A stretch of DNA of 64,000 bases, taken from Candidatus Brockarchaeota archaeon. GTDB taxonomy: Archaea; Thermoproteota; EX4484-205; JAAOZP01. Below are positions 29,611 through 38,006 of this stretch, piece by piece (the first letter of the stretch is position 1; the number at the start of each line of letters is the position of its first letter). The notes below the pieces were generated by a model that was not told the DNA's origin, made no database searches, and worked only from the letters and a program-made list of their open reading frames with translations. The DNA lies in contig JAFNIT010000002.1 in the NCBI GenBank assembly GCA_017601345.1, positions 11,826 through 75,825 of the forward strand, in the 5' to 3' direction. The translations under genes were made by a program, and so were the position numbers.

Positions 29611-30508
29611 GCCTCTCCTCCTCTAAAGCCTTTAAAAACACGTTCTCCAAGCTCCTCCCAAACTGGTGGAAGCCCAATATCTCATTACCTGTTTTAATGA
29701 CCAAATTTAATAGTTCCTGGAGAAAAATCGAAGCATCGCCCTTAATATATACAGTGTCCTTAACAAGTCTGACTTTTAAACCATTTAAACCGCTTAGGGC
29801 TTCTGCAAGCTCTCTAGGCTTGGAAACCCTTATCGCATATATTTTTGAAGCATACTTGTCCAAAAGGTCGTCTATAAAACCCTGTTCGATAGCTCTTCCC
29901 TCATTCATCAAGCAAACCCATGAGCATACTCTCTGCAACTCAGGCAGAACGTGGCTAGATATTAGAAAGCTAATGTCTTCATCTCTATGCATTGTTTTAA
30001 TGAGTTTTAAAAGTTCGATACGGCCCCTCGGGTCCAGGTTAGAAGTAGGCTCGTCGAGAATCACTAGCTCAGGCCTTCCCACTATGGCTTTAGCAAGACC
30101 TAGGCGAATCTTCATGCCTGAAGAGTATCCAGAAACCTTTCTATCAGCATGATTAAGTAGACCAACTTTACGAAGCGCTTCAACGGCCTCCTTTTCCGGA
30201 AGACCCATCACCCTAATCACATGAAGCATGTAGCGCATACCACTAACGTTCGTAGGGAAAACAGGCCTCTCCAGCAATACTCCGACTTTCCTCATCAACT
30301 CATATCTCTGAGACCAAGGTTCCAAGCCCATGACCTCCACTCTCCCGGAATCTGGTTTAATCAACCCCGTAAGCACATGGATCAGCGTCGTCTTACCAGC
30401 ACCATTAGGACCTATAAGGCCATTTATACCTTTCGGCACTCTTATGTTCAAGCCATCAAGTGCATTAACTTTATTGAATGACTTGAATAATTCTTCTACA
30501 ACTATCAT
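29600..30508 (-). CDS. ABC exporter ATP-binding protein
   Basis: GPNGAGKTT, YSSGMKIRL, ILDEPTSNLD, SSH. Confidence 0.92.
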   Translation of the reverse strand: MIVVEELFKSFNKVNALDGLNIRVPKGINGLIGPNGAGKTTLIHVLTGLIKPDSGRVEVMGLEPWSQRYELMRKVGVLLERPVFPTNVSGMRYMLHVIRVMGLPEKEAVEALRKVGLLNHADRKVSGYSSGMKIRLGLAKAIVGRPELVILDEPTSNLDPRGRIELLKLIKTMHRDEDISFLISSHVLPELQRVCSWVCLMNEGRAIEQGFIDDLLDKYASKIYAIRVSKPRELAEALSGLNGLKVRLVKDTVYIKGDASIFLQELLNLVIKTGNEILGFHQFGRSLENVFLKALEEERHES

Positions 30509-31491
30509 CGAGGCTCCCTACCCTTCTTCTTTCTCCTGAAACGCAGGTAATAAGCAATGACGCTAGCTACGACTACCGAGGGTAGGACAAACAATAGTAA
30601 TATCCCGGTGAAAACACCTATCAGATTCTGGGGACCCAGATCAATGTTGGTGTAGACAAGCTTAAAATCTCCTCCTGAGAAATACACTATACCGAAGGCT
30701 GAGAGAAAAGCATCCTGTTCAATATCGCCTTCGATCATTATAAAGGTGTCAGCATCGTAAAGATTGATTCTCGGAGAAAAGTGTCTTATGGATTGTGCTT
30801 CCGCAGGGGTGATTACTTCATTCCCAATTATACCAATATACCCCCTACCTTGATGTTCTGACGCATCTACAAACAGTATGTCCTGTACTCCTTGAGGAGT
30901 GCTTAGACTCAAAACATTGTACGCAGTGGCAAATATGGTTGAATTGGCTTGACCAACATACGGAAACCTCTCTCCCTTTTTGCATGGAGGAATCCAAAAT
31001 ATTGTTTTTCCAAGATACGTGCCGTTTAATAAATACACGTCTCTTGTTTCTAAATCCACTCTCAGGCTTAGCGTCGAAGAATACTGTCCTATTTCCAGAG
31101 TTACTTGAAAAATACCAGTCGAGTCTTCAAGCTCCTTAAGAACTAAAGAAATACGGGCCGGCACTTCCTCCCCAAATTCCCCCAGCTGAACTATCACCCT
31201 AGCTGAACTGCCGTTTGACAATATTTTTGAGCCAGGCGTACTGAGCAGTGCCTGAGGAATCAATTTGTCATCAAAGAAGTAAAAATAAATCTCTCTTATG
31301 CGTGTCTCATAATCAAAACGTGCACCATTCCTCGTCCAAGCGGGTTTACATGCAGTAATTAAGGGTGATAGACTAAGTAGAATTAAAAAAAGGTAAAAAA
31401 ACAGTTTATTTTTTCTTCTCAGCAACTTTTCAACCCTCTCTACGGTTCGACTCCGGCCGACGCCCGTAGGGTATAAGTTGCAGGAGCCCAA
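30505..31491 (-). CDS. Secreted, C-terminally membrane-anchored protein of unknown function
   Basis: Basic-then-hydrophobic signal (RRKNKLFFYLFLILLSL), C-terminal TM and RFRRKKK tail; real start probably downstream of 31491. Confidence 0.7.
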   Translation of the reverse strand: MGSCNLYPTGVGRSRTVERVEKLLRRKNKLFFYLFLILLSLSPLITACKPAWTRNGARFDYETRIREIYFYFFDDKLIPQALLSTPGSKILSNGSSARVIVQLGEFGEEVPARISLVLKELEDSTGIFQVTLEIGQYSSTLSLRVDLETRDVYLLNGTYLGKTIFWIPPCKKGERFPYVGQANSTIFATAYNVLSLSTPQGVQDILFVDASEHQGRGYIGIIGNEVITPAEAQSIRHFSPRINLYDADTFIMIEGDIEQDAFLSAFGIVYFSGGDFKLVYTNIDLGPQNLIGVFTGILLLFVLPSVVVASVIAYYLRFRRKKKGREPR

Positions 31492-31949
31492 GGAACGAGA
31501 TTATAGGTGTATACAGATTCACCCTCTGTACAAACACGCCAGAATGATCCTGCTCTCAACTCTGCGTATCCTCCTGTTGTAGCGTCGTTGAACGTTTTTG
31601 TATAAGTATCGTAATTACGCGTCATTGTAATTTTAAGTTTCACAGGTGTGATCAGGAGGGACCAGAGGCCACTAGGCATAGATCTTGACGCAGAGTGAAA
31701 GGCATAGTCGAAACGAGTACCTTGTGAATCATATCTTCCTTCAGCAAGAACCCAGATACTCATAGCCCCGCCAAAAAGCTTATCCTCGCCTGTCAACCCC
31801 TTCCATGTGCCAGGTGTACCAGAACCAATCGTTATGAGCATTAGTCCGCTTGCTGCAAGTAGGGAGAGTATTGCAATTACACCGGAGATTATTAGACTAA
31901 GTCTCTTCAACTCTCTCAGTGTTACCACCTCCATAAGCCATGTATTCAT
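31440..31949 (-). CDS. Small secreted protein of unknown function (first gene of the exporter cassette)
   Basis: LKRLSLIISGVIAILSLLAASGLMLITIG signal or anchor followed by ~120 aa of beta-rich, Thr/Gly/aromatic sequence; AT-rich upstream region. Confidence 0.65.
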   Translation of the reverse strand: MNTWLMEVVTLRELKRLSLIISGVIAILSLLAASGLMLITIGSGTPGTWKGLTGEDKLFGGAMSIWVLAEGRYDSQGTRFDYAFHSASRSMPSGLWSLLITPVKLKITMTRNYDTYTKTFNDATTGGYAELRAGSFWRVCTEGESVYTYNLVPWAPATYTLRASAGVEP

Positions 31950-32160
31950 GGTGATATATATTACGTTTTAGAACGTTTCAGAAACAATTTTTAAATGTTT
32001 TCTGCCAAGAAAAAGGCCTAAAAACAGGCATTTTTCCACATTTTTTGAATGTCTCTATAAATGTGACAAGATGTCGTATTATGCATTAAATATAATATTA
32101 TACTTAAATTTTAACACATTACAAAGCATTTTAGAAAAACCCGTTATCCTCAGTCCTCCA

Positions 32161-32520
32161 CTATCTTGCTCCAGCCTCCGCCTCCCCCGCCTACTCCTCC
32201 ACCCACTCCACCGCCACGCTACTTGGAGGGCTCCACGTGGTTATTGATACGAATACTATAGACATTGTTTGAAGTATCTTCAGCTTCTCGATCTGAATTC
32301 CGAGTTCTCTCATCGCTTCAGCAACCTTCCCTACTCCCAGCGCTATACCGTAGACAAGCCACTCTTCCCATATTTAAATATCCTGTGGAGCATATTTTCT
32401 GATTAGGGCTAGGTCTGAAAGGAATTTCTTGAAGGCGCCCCGCCCAAGCTTCTCCCTGTAGTATGATGCTTTCCACCTGCAGAAGAGCGTTGTGGACATA
32501 GCCATCGCGTAAGCTTGTTA
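32161..32520 (-). pseudogene. C-terminal remnant of a DUF2207-family membrane protein
   Basis: [50 protein letters not shown], then a frameshifted Gly-rich tail GGGVGGGVGGGGG; in-frame TAA at 32374-32376. Confidence 0.75.
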
Positions 32521-32621
32521 AGCATGCTCTGCATATGTATTAGAAGTACTTCTTCTCACTGTTTGAAACACCTTGATGGAATCATGCTTTTAAACTTTTA
32601 CAAAATTCCTGAAAACGTTTT

Positions 32622-32822
32622 GGGCCCAGGCTGGTAGGCTCATCTCCCCCAATCCGCTTTTCAACAAGCCTGAGGAAGATGCTTTTACCCCGCAACGCTC
32701 CCGGGAAGGTGCTTCAACCTCCCTACGGGTTTCGAGCCCAATCCCCATAGTTGAGGCGGCTTGTCCCCCTCCGAGAGCGTTGAGACCTGCCGAGTATTCC
32801 CCGGCAGGAGCCTGGTCTACCC
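32622..32822 (-). ncRNA. Candidate structured non-coding RNA (~201 nt), family unrecognised
   Basis: Four nested helices found by eye, three containing G-U pairs that work only on the minus strand; TATA-like TTATTTA about 25 nt upstream; U-rich 3' flank. Confidence 0.55.
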
Positions 32823-32863
32823 GTATGAAGCGAGGGGTTGAGAAAGTAAATAAGAGTTGCGCT

Positions 32864-33430
32864 TCAGCCTTTCTCTCTTGGAGGCGCTTTAATAGAGAGA
32901 TAGAGTACTATTGCGAATGCTATGAGCAGGCTTACGGATATTGTTCGGGAAGCCTCTACGCTAATTCCTAAACGTGGGAGCGAGAGCTGTATCATCGGGA
33001 TTGCGAAGATTACTACTGCTGAGAGTAAGAATAGTATTTCTCTGAAGGATGGCTGGGTTAGTTTACCACCTTTTGCCGAAAATACGTAGGCAACTATTCC
33101 TATTGATGCTAGGAGGACTGAGGCTAAAACTGGCACGGTAGAGGCCCAGCCTCTGGTGAGCATCTGGACCCCCATGATTATTGATACTATGAAACTGGAT
33201 GCGAAGCATCTGACTCCCACGCTCCTAAGCCTCTGACTGATCTCCATCTCTTTAAGGATGATCGGTATTCCCGACCCGGATAATATGAGTATGGAGCTTA
33301 ACAAGTTGATCCCCGTCCTCAGGAATCCTGAGACTTCTACTACTGAGAAGAGGGCAAAGGAAACTAGTATCGCAATACCTATGAAGACTAGGAGGTTCCC
33401 GATTGAATATACTGCTTCTCCTTTCTGCAA
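32864..33430 (-). CDS. Hypothetical multi-pass membrane protein
   Basis: 188 aa with about 6 hydrophobic segments; follows trmI. Confidence 0.7.
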   Translation of the reverse strand: MQKGEAVYSIGNLLVFIGIAILVSFALFSVVEVSGFLRTGINLLSSILILSGSGIPIILKEMEISQRLRSVGVRCFASSFIVSIIMGVQMLTRGWASTVPVLASVLLASIGIVAYVFSAKGGKLTQPSFREILFLLSAVVIFAIPMIQLSLPRLGISVEASRTISVSLLIAFAIVLYLSIKAPPREKG

Positions 33431-33458
33431 GCCGGATGCCTACTGCAAGTTTCTTTTT

Positions 33459-34256
33459 TTAAATATTTTCCCTAACGACTTTGGCTCCGAACATGAGGTA
33501 CGCTGTATGGCCGATCATAATGGATTCTGGCCTAACCCTGCCCTCGAAGGGCCTTATTCTCCTGAGCATTATCTCAACCGTCTCCAAGTGAGCTACACCC
33601 GTCTCCAGCATCGCACGGTAAACCTTTTCAAGCTGGTTCATAGTTGGCACGATTATGCATATTCTTGCAGAAGGCTTTAGGAATCCGACTACTCTGCTCA
33701 GCGCATCCCACGGGTCTGGAATATCCATTATAGCAGCGTCGAAAAAACCTTCTAGAAAAATACTCTTAATATCGCCTTGCATCAGCTCAACGTATTCTGC
33801 CAAACCGGCTTTCTCAAGATTCTTACGCGCGATTCTTATGGACTCCTCGTTCACGTCGCAGGAGAAAACTCTACCGTTAGGCTTAACGATGCTCGCAACA
33901 ATCATCGTAGCAGCACCGCTCCCGGTGCCGGCTTCAAGAACCCTAGCTCCCGGCGATATTCCCAGATTCAGAACCATGTAGCCGATGTCCTTGGGATACA
34001 TTACTTGAGTCCTTCTTGCAAGCTTGGGAATATATTCTACTACGAGGGGCCTTAACGCGAGCATTTCCTCCCCTATGTGCGTCTTCACAACTGTTCCAGG
34101 GGGCTTACCTACAATATCCTTAGTAACCAGATAACCCTTGTGAGTATGGATTCTATCGCCCTGTATTTTCACTATACGTCTCTTAAATCTCGGGGAAACG
34201 AGTAGAACGTCATCGCCCTCTTTAAACACGTTGTCAAGATCCTGCTTCAAACCCAT
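33459..34256 (-). CDS. trmI: tRNA (adenine-N1)-methyltransferase
   Basis: RRTQVMYPKD, VLEAGTGSGA, DAAIMDIPDPW, HTAYL. Confidence 0.92.
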   Translation of the reverse strand: MGLKQDLDNVFKEGDDVLLVSPRFKRRIVKIQGDRIHTHKGYLVTKDIVGKPPGTVVKTHIGEEMLALRPLVVEYIPKLARRTQVMYPKDIGYMVLNLGISPGARVLEAGTGSGAATMIVASIVKPNGRVFSCDVNEESIRIARKNLEKAGLAEYVELMQGDIKSIFLEGFFDAAIMDIPDPWDALSRVVGFLKPSARICIIVPTMNQLEKVYRAMLETGVAHLETVEIMLRRIRPFEGRVRPESIMIGHTAYLMFGAKVVRENI

Positions 34257-35358
34257 TTAGCAAGGGTATTGAATTCCTTATATCTTCTTCCCTCGCTCCG
34301 AAGCTTATCCTGACATGATTCTCCCCTGAGGGGCCGAAGCCCTGGCCCGGAGCGAGAACTACCCCGGTTTTCTTAGCTAGTTTAAGACAGAAGTCGAATG
34401 ATTTGAAGGGTATGGATGGGAACACGTAAAGAGAACCCTGTGGTACGTATATTTTTATCAAGTCGCTTCTCTTAAAGCCGTTCATGAAAATCTTTAGCCG
34501 TTTCTCAATACTCATCCTCACGTAGCTAGATATCTCGTTGATGAATGGCAGGATCTTCAAAACCACGTGTTGACCTACGACGTTAGAGGTTAGGGAGGTT
34601 GCGTACCTTACGGTTGAAGCCTTACTGATAATGTTCCGCTCCGAAGCCAAGAATCCTACTCTCAACCCTGTCACACCCATGTTCTTAGAGAAGCTTCCCA
34701 CTATCATCGTGTTTTCAAGCTTAGTGTCGAATCCCCCGGGGCTTGCAGGCTTATTGTTGTTGAAGAATATTTCGAAATAGGTCTCGTCAGAGATTATTAC
34801 CGAATCCGTTTCACGCGCGTGTTCAACAAGCTTCTCCACATCTTTTGCAGAAACCACTCTTCCAGTAGGGTTGTTAGGTGAGCATATTAGCACGATGCTC
34901 CGCTCCCCCGGAACCTGCTCGCTTATATCCCTTTCCTGACTATAGTAGTTGATTCTAACGTTGTCGAAGAGGTTTGCAGCAAGAAAGTGCTGCGGATAAG
35001 TGGGGTCGGGCAGGATAATCCTGTCTCCAACATCTAGAACAGTCATTAAGGCTATGAGGAATGCTTCAGAAGCTCCGGCAGTGACCAGGATGTTTTCGAA
35101 GCCAACCTCCATCCCACGGCTATTCCTCAAGTATTCGGCGATGCTGCTCCTAAGCTCATTCAAGCCCTCAACCGGAGGGTAGGTTACGCTTGTCTCACCA
35201 CAGGTTTTCCTCAAAGTTTCCTCGACGAGCGGATGAGGGTCTATGAAGATGTCGCCGACGCTGAGGTTCATCACAGCCCTTCCGGAAGCCCTAGCCTCCT
35301 TCAGTATCCTCCTATGCGGCGGCTCGACAAGCCTGTTGATTCTGGAAGCGTGTTTCAA
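34234..35358 (-). CDS. PLP-dependent aminotransferase class I/II
   Basis: SPNNPTG, SDETY, GSFSKNMGVTGLRVG. Confidence 0.9.
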   Translation of the reverse strand: MKHASRINRLVEPPHRRILKEARASGRAVMNLSVGDIFIDPHPLVEETLRKTCGETSVTYPPVEGLNELRSSIAEYLRNSRGMEVGFENILVTAGASEAFLIALMTVLDVGDRIILPDPTYPQHFLAANLFDNVRINYYSQERDISEQVPGERSIVLICSPNNPTGRVVSAKDVEKLVEHARETDSVIISDETYFEIFFNNNKPASPGGFDTKLENTMIVGSFSKNMGVTGLRVGFLASERNIISKASTVRYATSLTSNVVGQHVVLKILPFINEISSYVRMSIEKRLKIFMNGFKRSDLIKIYVPQGSLYVFPSIPFKSFDFCLKLAKKTGVVLAPGQGFGPSGENHVRISFGAREEDIRNSIPLLNGFEAGS

Positions 35359-35432
35359 CCCAGGGGCTACGCGAACAACTCTTTTTAAACATTAACTTGC
35401 TTATCGACTAGAATATTCAGAGGGTTAATTCT

Positions 35433-37310
35433 TCATCGGGAAGAAGGTGCGAAATGTATTTCACAATGCTTTCCGGGGATTATGCTTTTAAAAGCCTCCC
35501 GTAGTCTAGTAGCCTCCTTGCGTGAGAAACGCTTACCCTCTAGAAGCCTCTCAACCAGTCTGGATGCCTCCTTATTCTTATCCCTGTTCCCCGGAACTAC
35601 GTAGGCGTATCTTACACATTTCTCCTTTACTTTCCTAAGGCTTCCGTAGACTATTTCGCCACTATCCGCGATGCCAATCCATAGTTTCAACTCCACGTTT
35701 CTTATGAAGTTCTTCTCACCTTGCACCATGAAAGCGCCCTTCGGAAGGTACTGGCCTGGGGGAGCCTGCTTGCTAAGCTGACTCCCCCTGACCCAGTAGA
35801 CGTCGAGATAAGCATACTTGCTCTCCCAAGCCTTAGTAGTATAGCACGCAGCCATTAACGCAGCCTCTTCAAACTCTTCTTGTGAAGGGTTTTCAACGTT
35901 GTATATGGTGACGAAGGGTGCGCCGACGAAGTCGGCATGCAGTACAATACTGTTCCGGTTAACATATTTTTTGACGAGAAGCTCATTGGTTCCAGCGTCT
36001 TTTCCAGCCAGTATCAAGCTTCCGTTCGCAGAAATATTCCAACGGAACTTCTCGTACCATTTCTTCTCCTCAGTCTTTTTCTTAGGCAGGATCCTGCTTG
36101 GAGCAATCTTCTCCTTAAGCGCAAGTATTTTAGCGTCTATCTCTGAAAGGTGTTTCTCTATCTTCTTAGCTTCTTCAAACATTTTTGAAGCATTTAACGC
36201 TGCTGAAGAATCCATTTCTAAAGCGTACTCGACGTCTTTGAATAGAGCTCTGACAATTCTCTTACTATAATTCTTTTCAATAATCTGGATTTCCTCAGGA
36301 GGCTCTCTCCCGCTCTTAACACTGTCCAAGACCGTTTGGAAGAGGTGGAGATTATCCATTAGCATTCTAGCCTTTAGCTTTAGCATGCTTGCTTCCGAAA
36401 CCATGTTGTCCCTGGCCCTAAGCAGTTTCTCCAATTCTCTCGAAGCCTTTTCAACATCTTTCCTCGCTTCAAAACCAGTTGAAGCATAGTATTCATCCAC
36501 GGCTTCCGACAGGGTTTCGAAATCTCTCTGCACAAACTCTTTCATTGAAGCCAAGAATATTCCTGAAGCATCCACCGGGGAGCCGTTAGAGTAGTAGAGC
36601 CTCGGCTTAGGGTTCTCCTCAGCCTCTTTAACCAGAATTCTCGCGGTCTCGATTATAACCGGTACCTTATCCTCAACTTTAGAACCGGGGTCTATCCCAG
36701 CCCTATTGCATATCTCGCTCATAATCTTAGAGCCGAAGCCTAGTTTGCCAGCTATGAAGCGATCAACCCTCTCCGATGCGGACTCCTTGAAAACTCCAGC
36801 ACTAGGCACATCCCTAGGGTCGATTATGTTTGAAGGAGGAAAAACGTATTTCTCACCTTCTTTCAGAGACCTTGCCCCAGTCTCCATCTTATGCGAAGTG
36901 AAGAGAATAGTCCAGTCTCCGGAGACGAGCACTATAACACCCCTTCTCAACCCTTCTATTATGAGCCTAGCGTTGAAGCCGCTTCTCGAAAGGCTTATCA
37001 CGATTATCCTGTCGAAATCGTGCTGAGTAACATCTTCAACCCTGAGGCCCCGGATAAGTTTCCTTAGCCTTGCCAAATGAGGGCTCGGCCTGCTTACAAC
37101 AGGGTAGTCGTACTTCGTCAGGAAAACTGCTTCACCGGGTACGGCTATGAGTCTTTTAACAACTCCCTCCGCCCTGAACTTCAAAAGGTAGTAGCCATAA
37201 TCCGTGTTCTCGTAAACGTTGTCAACCCAGGTGCCGCGCAGCTGGCTGGAAAGCTCTCTAGCTAGTATGAGGTAGTCGATGCTGGAAAGACTTATTTTTC
37301 GATTACTCAA
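35433..37310 (-). CDS. rqcH: Ribosome rescue protein RqcH (NFACT/NEMF family)
   Basis: NFACT-N (HDFDRII), KKWYEKFRW, AGKDAGTNELLVKK, HAD..GAP, LSK.APPG.YLPKGAFMV.GEKN. Confidence 0.88.
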   Translation of the reverse strand: MSNRKISLSSIDYLILARELSSQLRGTWVDNVYENTDYGYYLLKFRAEGVVKRLIAVPGEAVFLTKYDYPVVSRPSPHLARLRKLIRGLRVEDVTQHDFDRIIVISLSRSGFNARLIIEGLRRGVIVLVSGDWTILFTSHKMETGARSLKEGEKYVFPPSNIIDPRDVPSAGVFKESASERVDRFIAGKLGFGSKIMSEICNRAGIDPGSKVEDKVPVIIETARILVKEAEENPKPRLYYSNGSPVDASGIFLASMKEFVQRDFETLSEAVDEYYASTGFEARKDVEKASRELEKLLRARDNMVSEASMLKLKARMLMDNLHLFQTVLDSVKSGREPPEEIQIIEKNYSKRIVRALFKDVEYALEMDSSAALNASKMFEEAKKIEKHLSEIDAKILALKEKIAPSRILPKKKTEEKKWYEKFRWNISANGSLILAGKDAGTNELLVKKYVNRNSIVLHADFVGAPFVTIYNVENPSQEEFEEAALMAACYTTKAWESKYAYLDVYWVRGSQLSKQAPPGQYLPKGAFMVQGEKNFIRNVELKLWIGIADSGEIVYGSLRKVKEKCVRYAYVVPGNRDKNKEASRLVERLLEGKRFSRKEATRLREAFKSIIPGKHCEIHFAPSSR

Positions 37311-37330
37311 CCCTATGAAGAGTAGACAGC

Positions 37331-37612
37331 ATGAGATTTAAACCTGAAACCGTTATGTATTGGACGAGGGTCGGAATCGGAGCCATAATGGGCATTGTCC
37401 ACGCTCTGTTCTGGAGGCCCCCCTGGTCGATCCTATCATCTTTCTCCCTGATGTTGGCAATATACCTCGCAACATACCAATTGTTTAAGAAGCTCTACGG
37501 CGAGGCTTTAAGCAACAAGGATGCTGTATGGAGGGAGGGGGTTGGAAGCTTCTTCCTATCCTGGTTGTTCACTTGGTTCCTTCTTTACAACACTCTTTTT
37601 ACCAGCGGTTAG
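37331..37612 (+). CDS. EMC6/Rab5ip-like small membrane protein
   Basis: 3 TM helices; W.R...GAI.GI and EGVGSFFLSWLFTWFLLYN resemble the EMC6 family. Confidence 0.55.
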   Translation: MRFKPETVMYWTRVGIGAIMGIVHALFWRPPWSILSSFSLMLAIYLATYQLFKKLYGEALSNKDAVWREGVGSFFLSWLFTWFLLYNTLFTSG

Positions 37613-37906
37613 CTTTCTCAGGAAATCCATCCAAGCCGTGAAGTAACCCTCCTCCTCCCTACTCAAATAATGAGCCTCAATCGACTCCCTCATGCTCTTT
37701 AAGTGGGTCTTAGGGTCCCCGGAATTGACTATGCTGCCTTCAACAGGTTTCTGTAAAGCGTAAACTATTCCTCTCAAGCCCTTCAAATAGCCAGCCTCAT
37801 ACTCGTCACTAGGCTTAAGGCCCTCGATCTGCTTCTCAGCCTCCTCCAGATTCCTGCGGACAATCATCGTCAGAATCCTGTTCAAATGATCCTTATTCTT
37901 TCCCAA
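37556..37906 (-). CDS. Hypothetical protein
   Basis: 116-aa helical ORF with a repeated E.GY...(L/W) pattern. Confidence 0.65.
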   Translation of the reverse strand: MGKNKDHLNRILTMIVRRNLEEAEKQIEGLKPSDEYEAGYLKGLRGIVYALQKPVEGSIVNSGDPKTHLKSMRESIEAHYLSREEEGYFTAWMDFLRKLTAGKKSVVKKEPSEQPG

Positions 37907-38006
37907 GCCTTACGGATTCCAATCGATAAGCGTATAATAAGGTTTATCGGAAGAGGAGATTTGGAAAGTTTTAAAATATTGCTTAGCCTGGTAGAGCTTT
38001 CAAGCT

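Noticed and set aside
31441-31460. GGTTCGACTCC resembling a tRNA T-loop
   Set aside because: Only a 3-bp stem, no acceptor, D or anticodon arms; lies inside two overlapping CDSs.
32165-32215. C-rich tract (G-rich on the minus strand) as a possible G-quadruplex or regulatory repeat
   Set aside because: Explained by the poly-Gly tail of the DUF2207 remnant.
32670-32685. GAGGAAGATGC resembling the RNase P RNA 5' conserved region
   Set aside because: No complementary P4 partner or conserved 3' region downstream on the plus strand.
32688-32791. Plus-strand CCCCGCAAC and GAGACCTGCC resembling cobalamin riboswitch motifs
   Set aside because: The GGGAA-P4/P5 core is missing, G-U pairing favours the opposite strand, and no B12 gene lies downstream.
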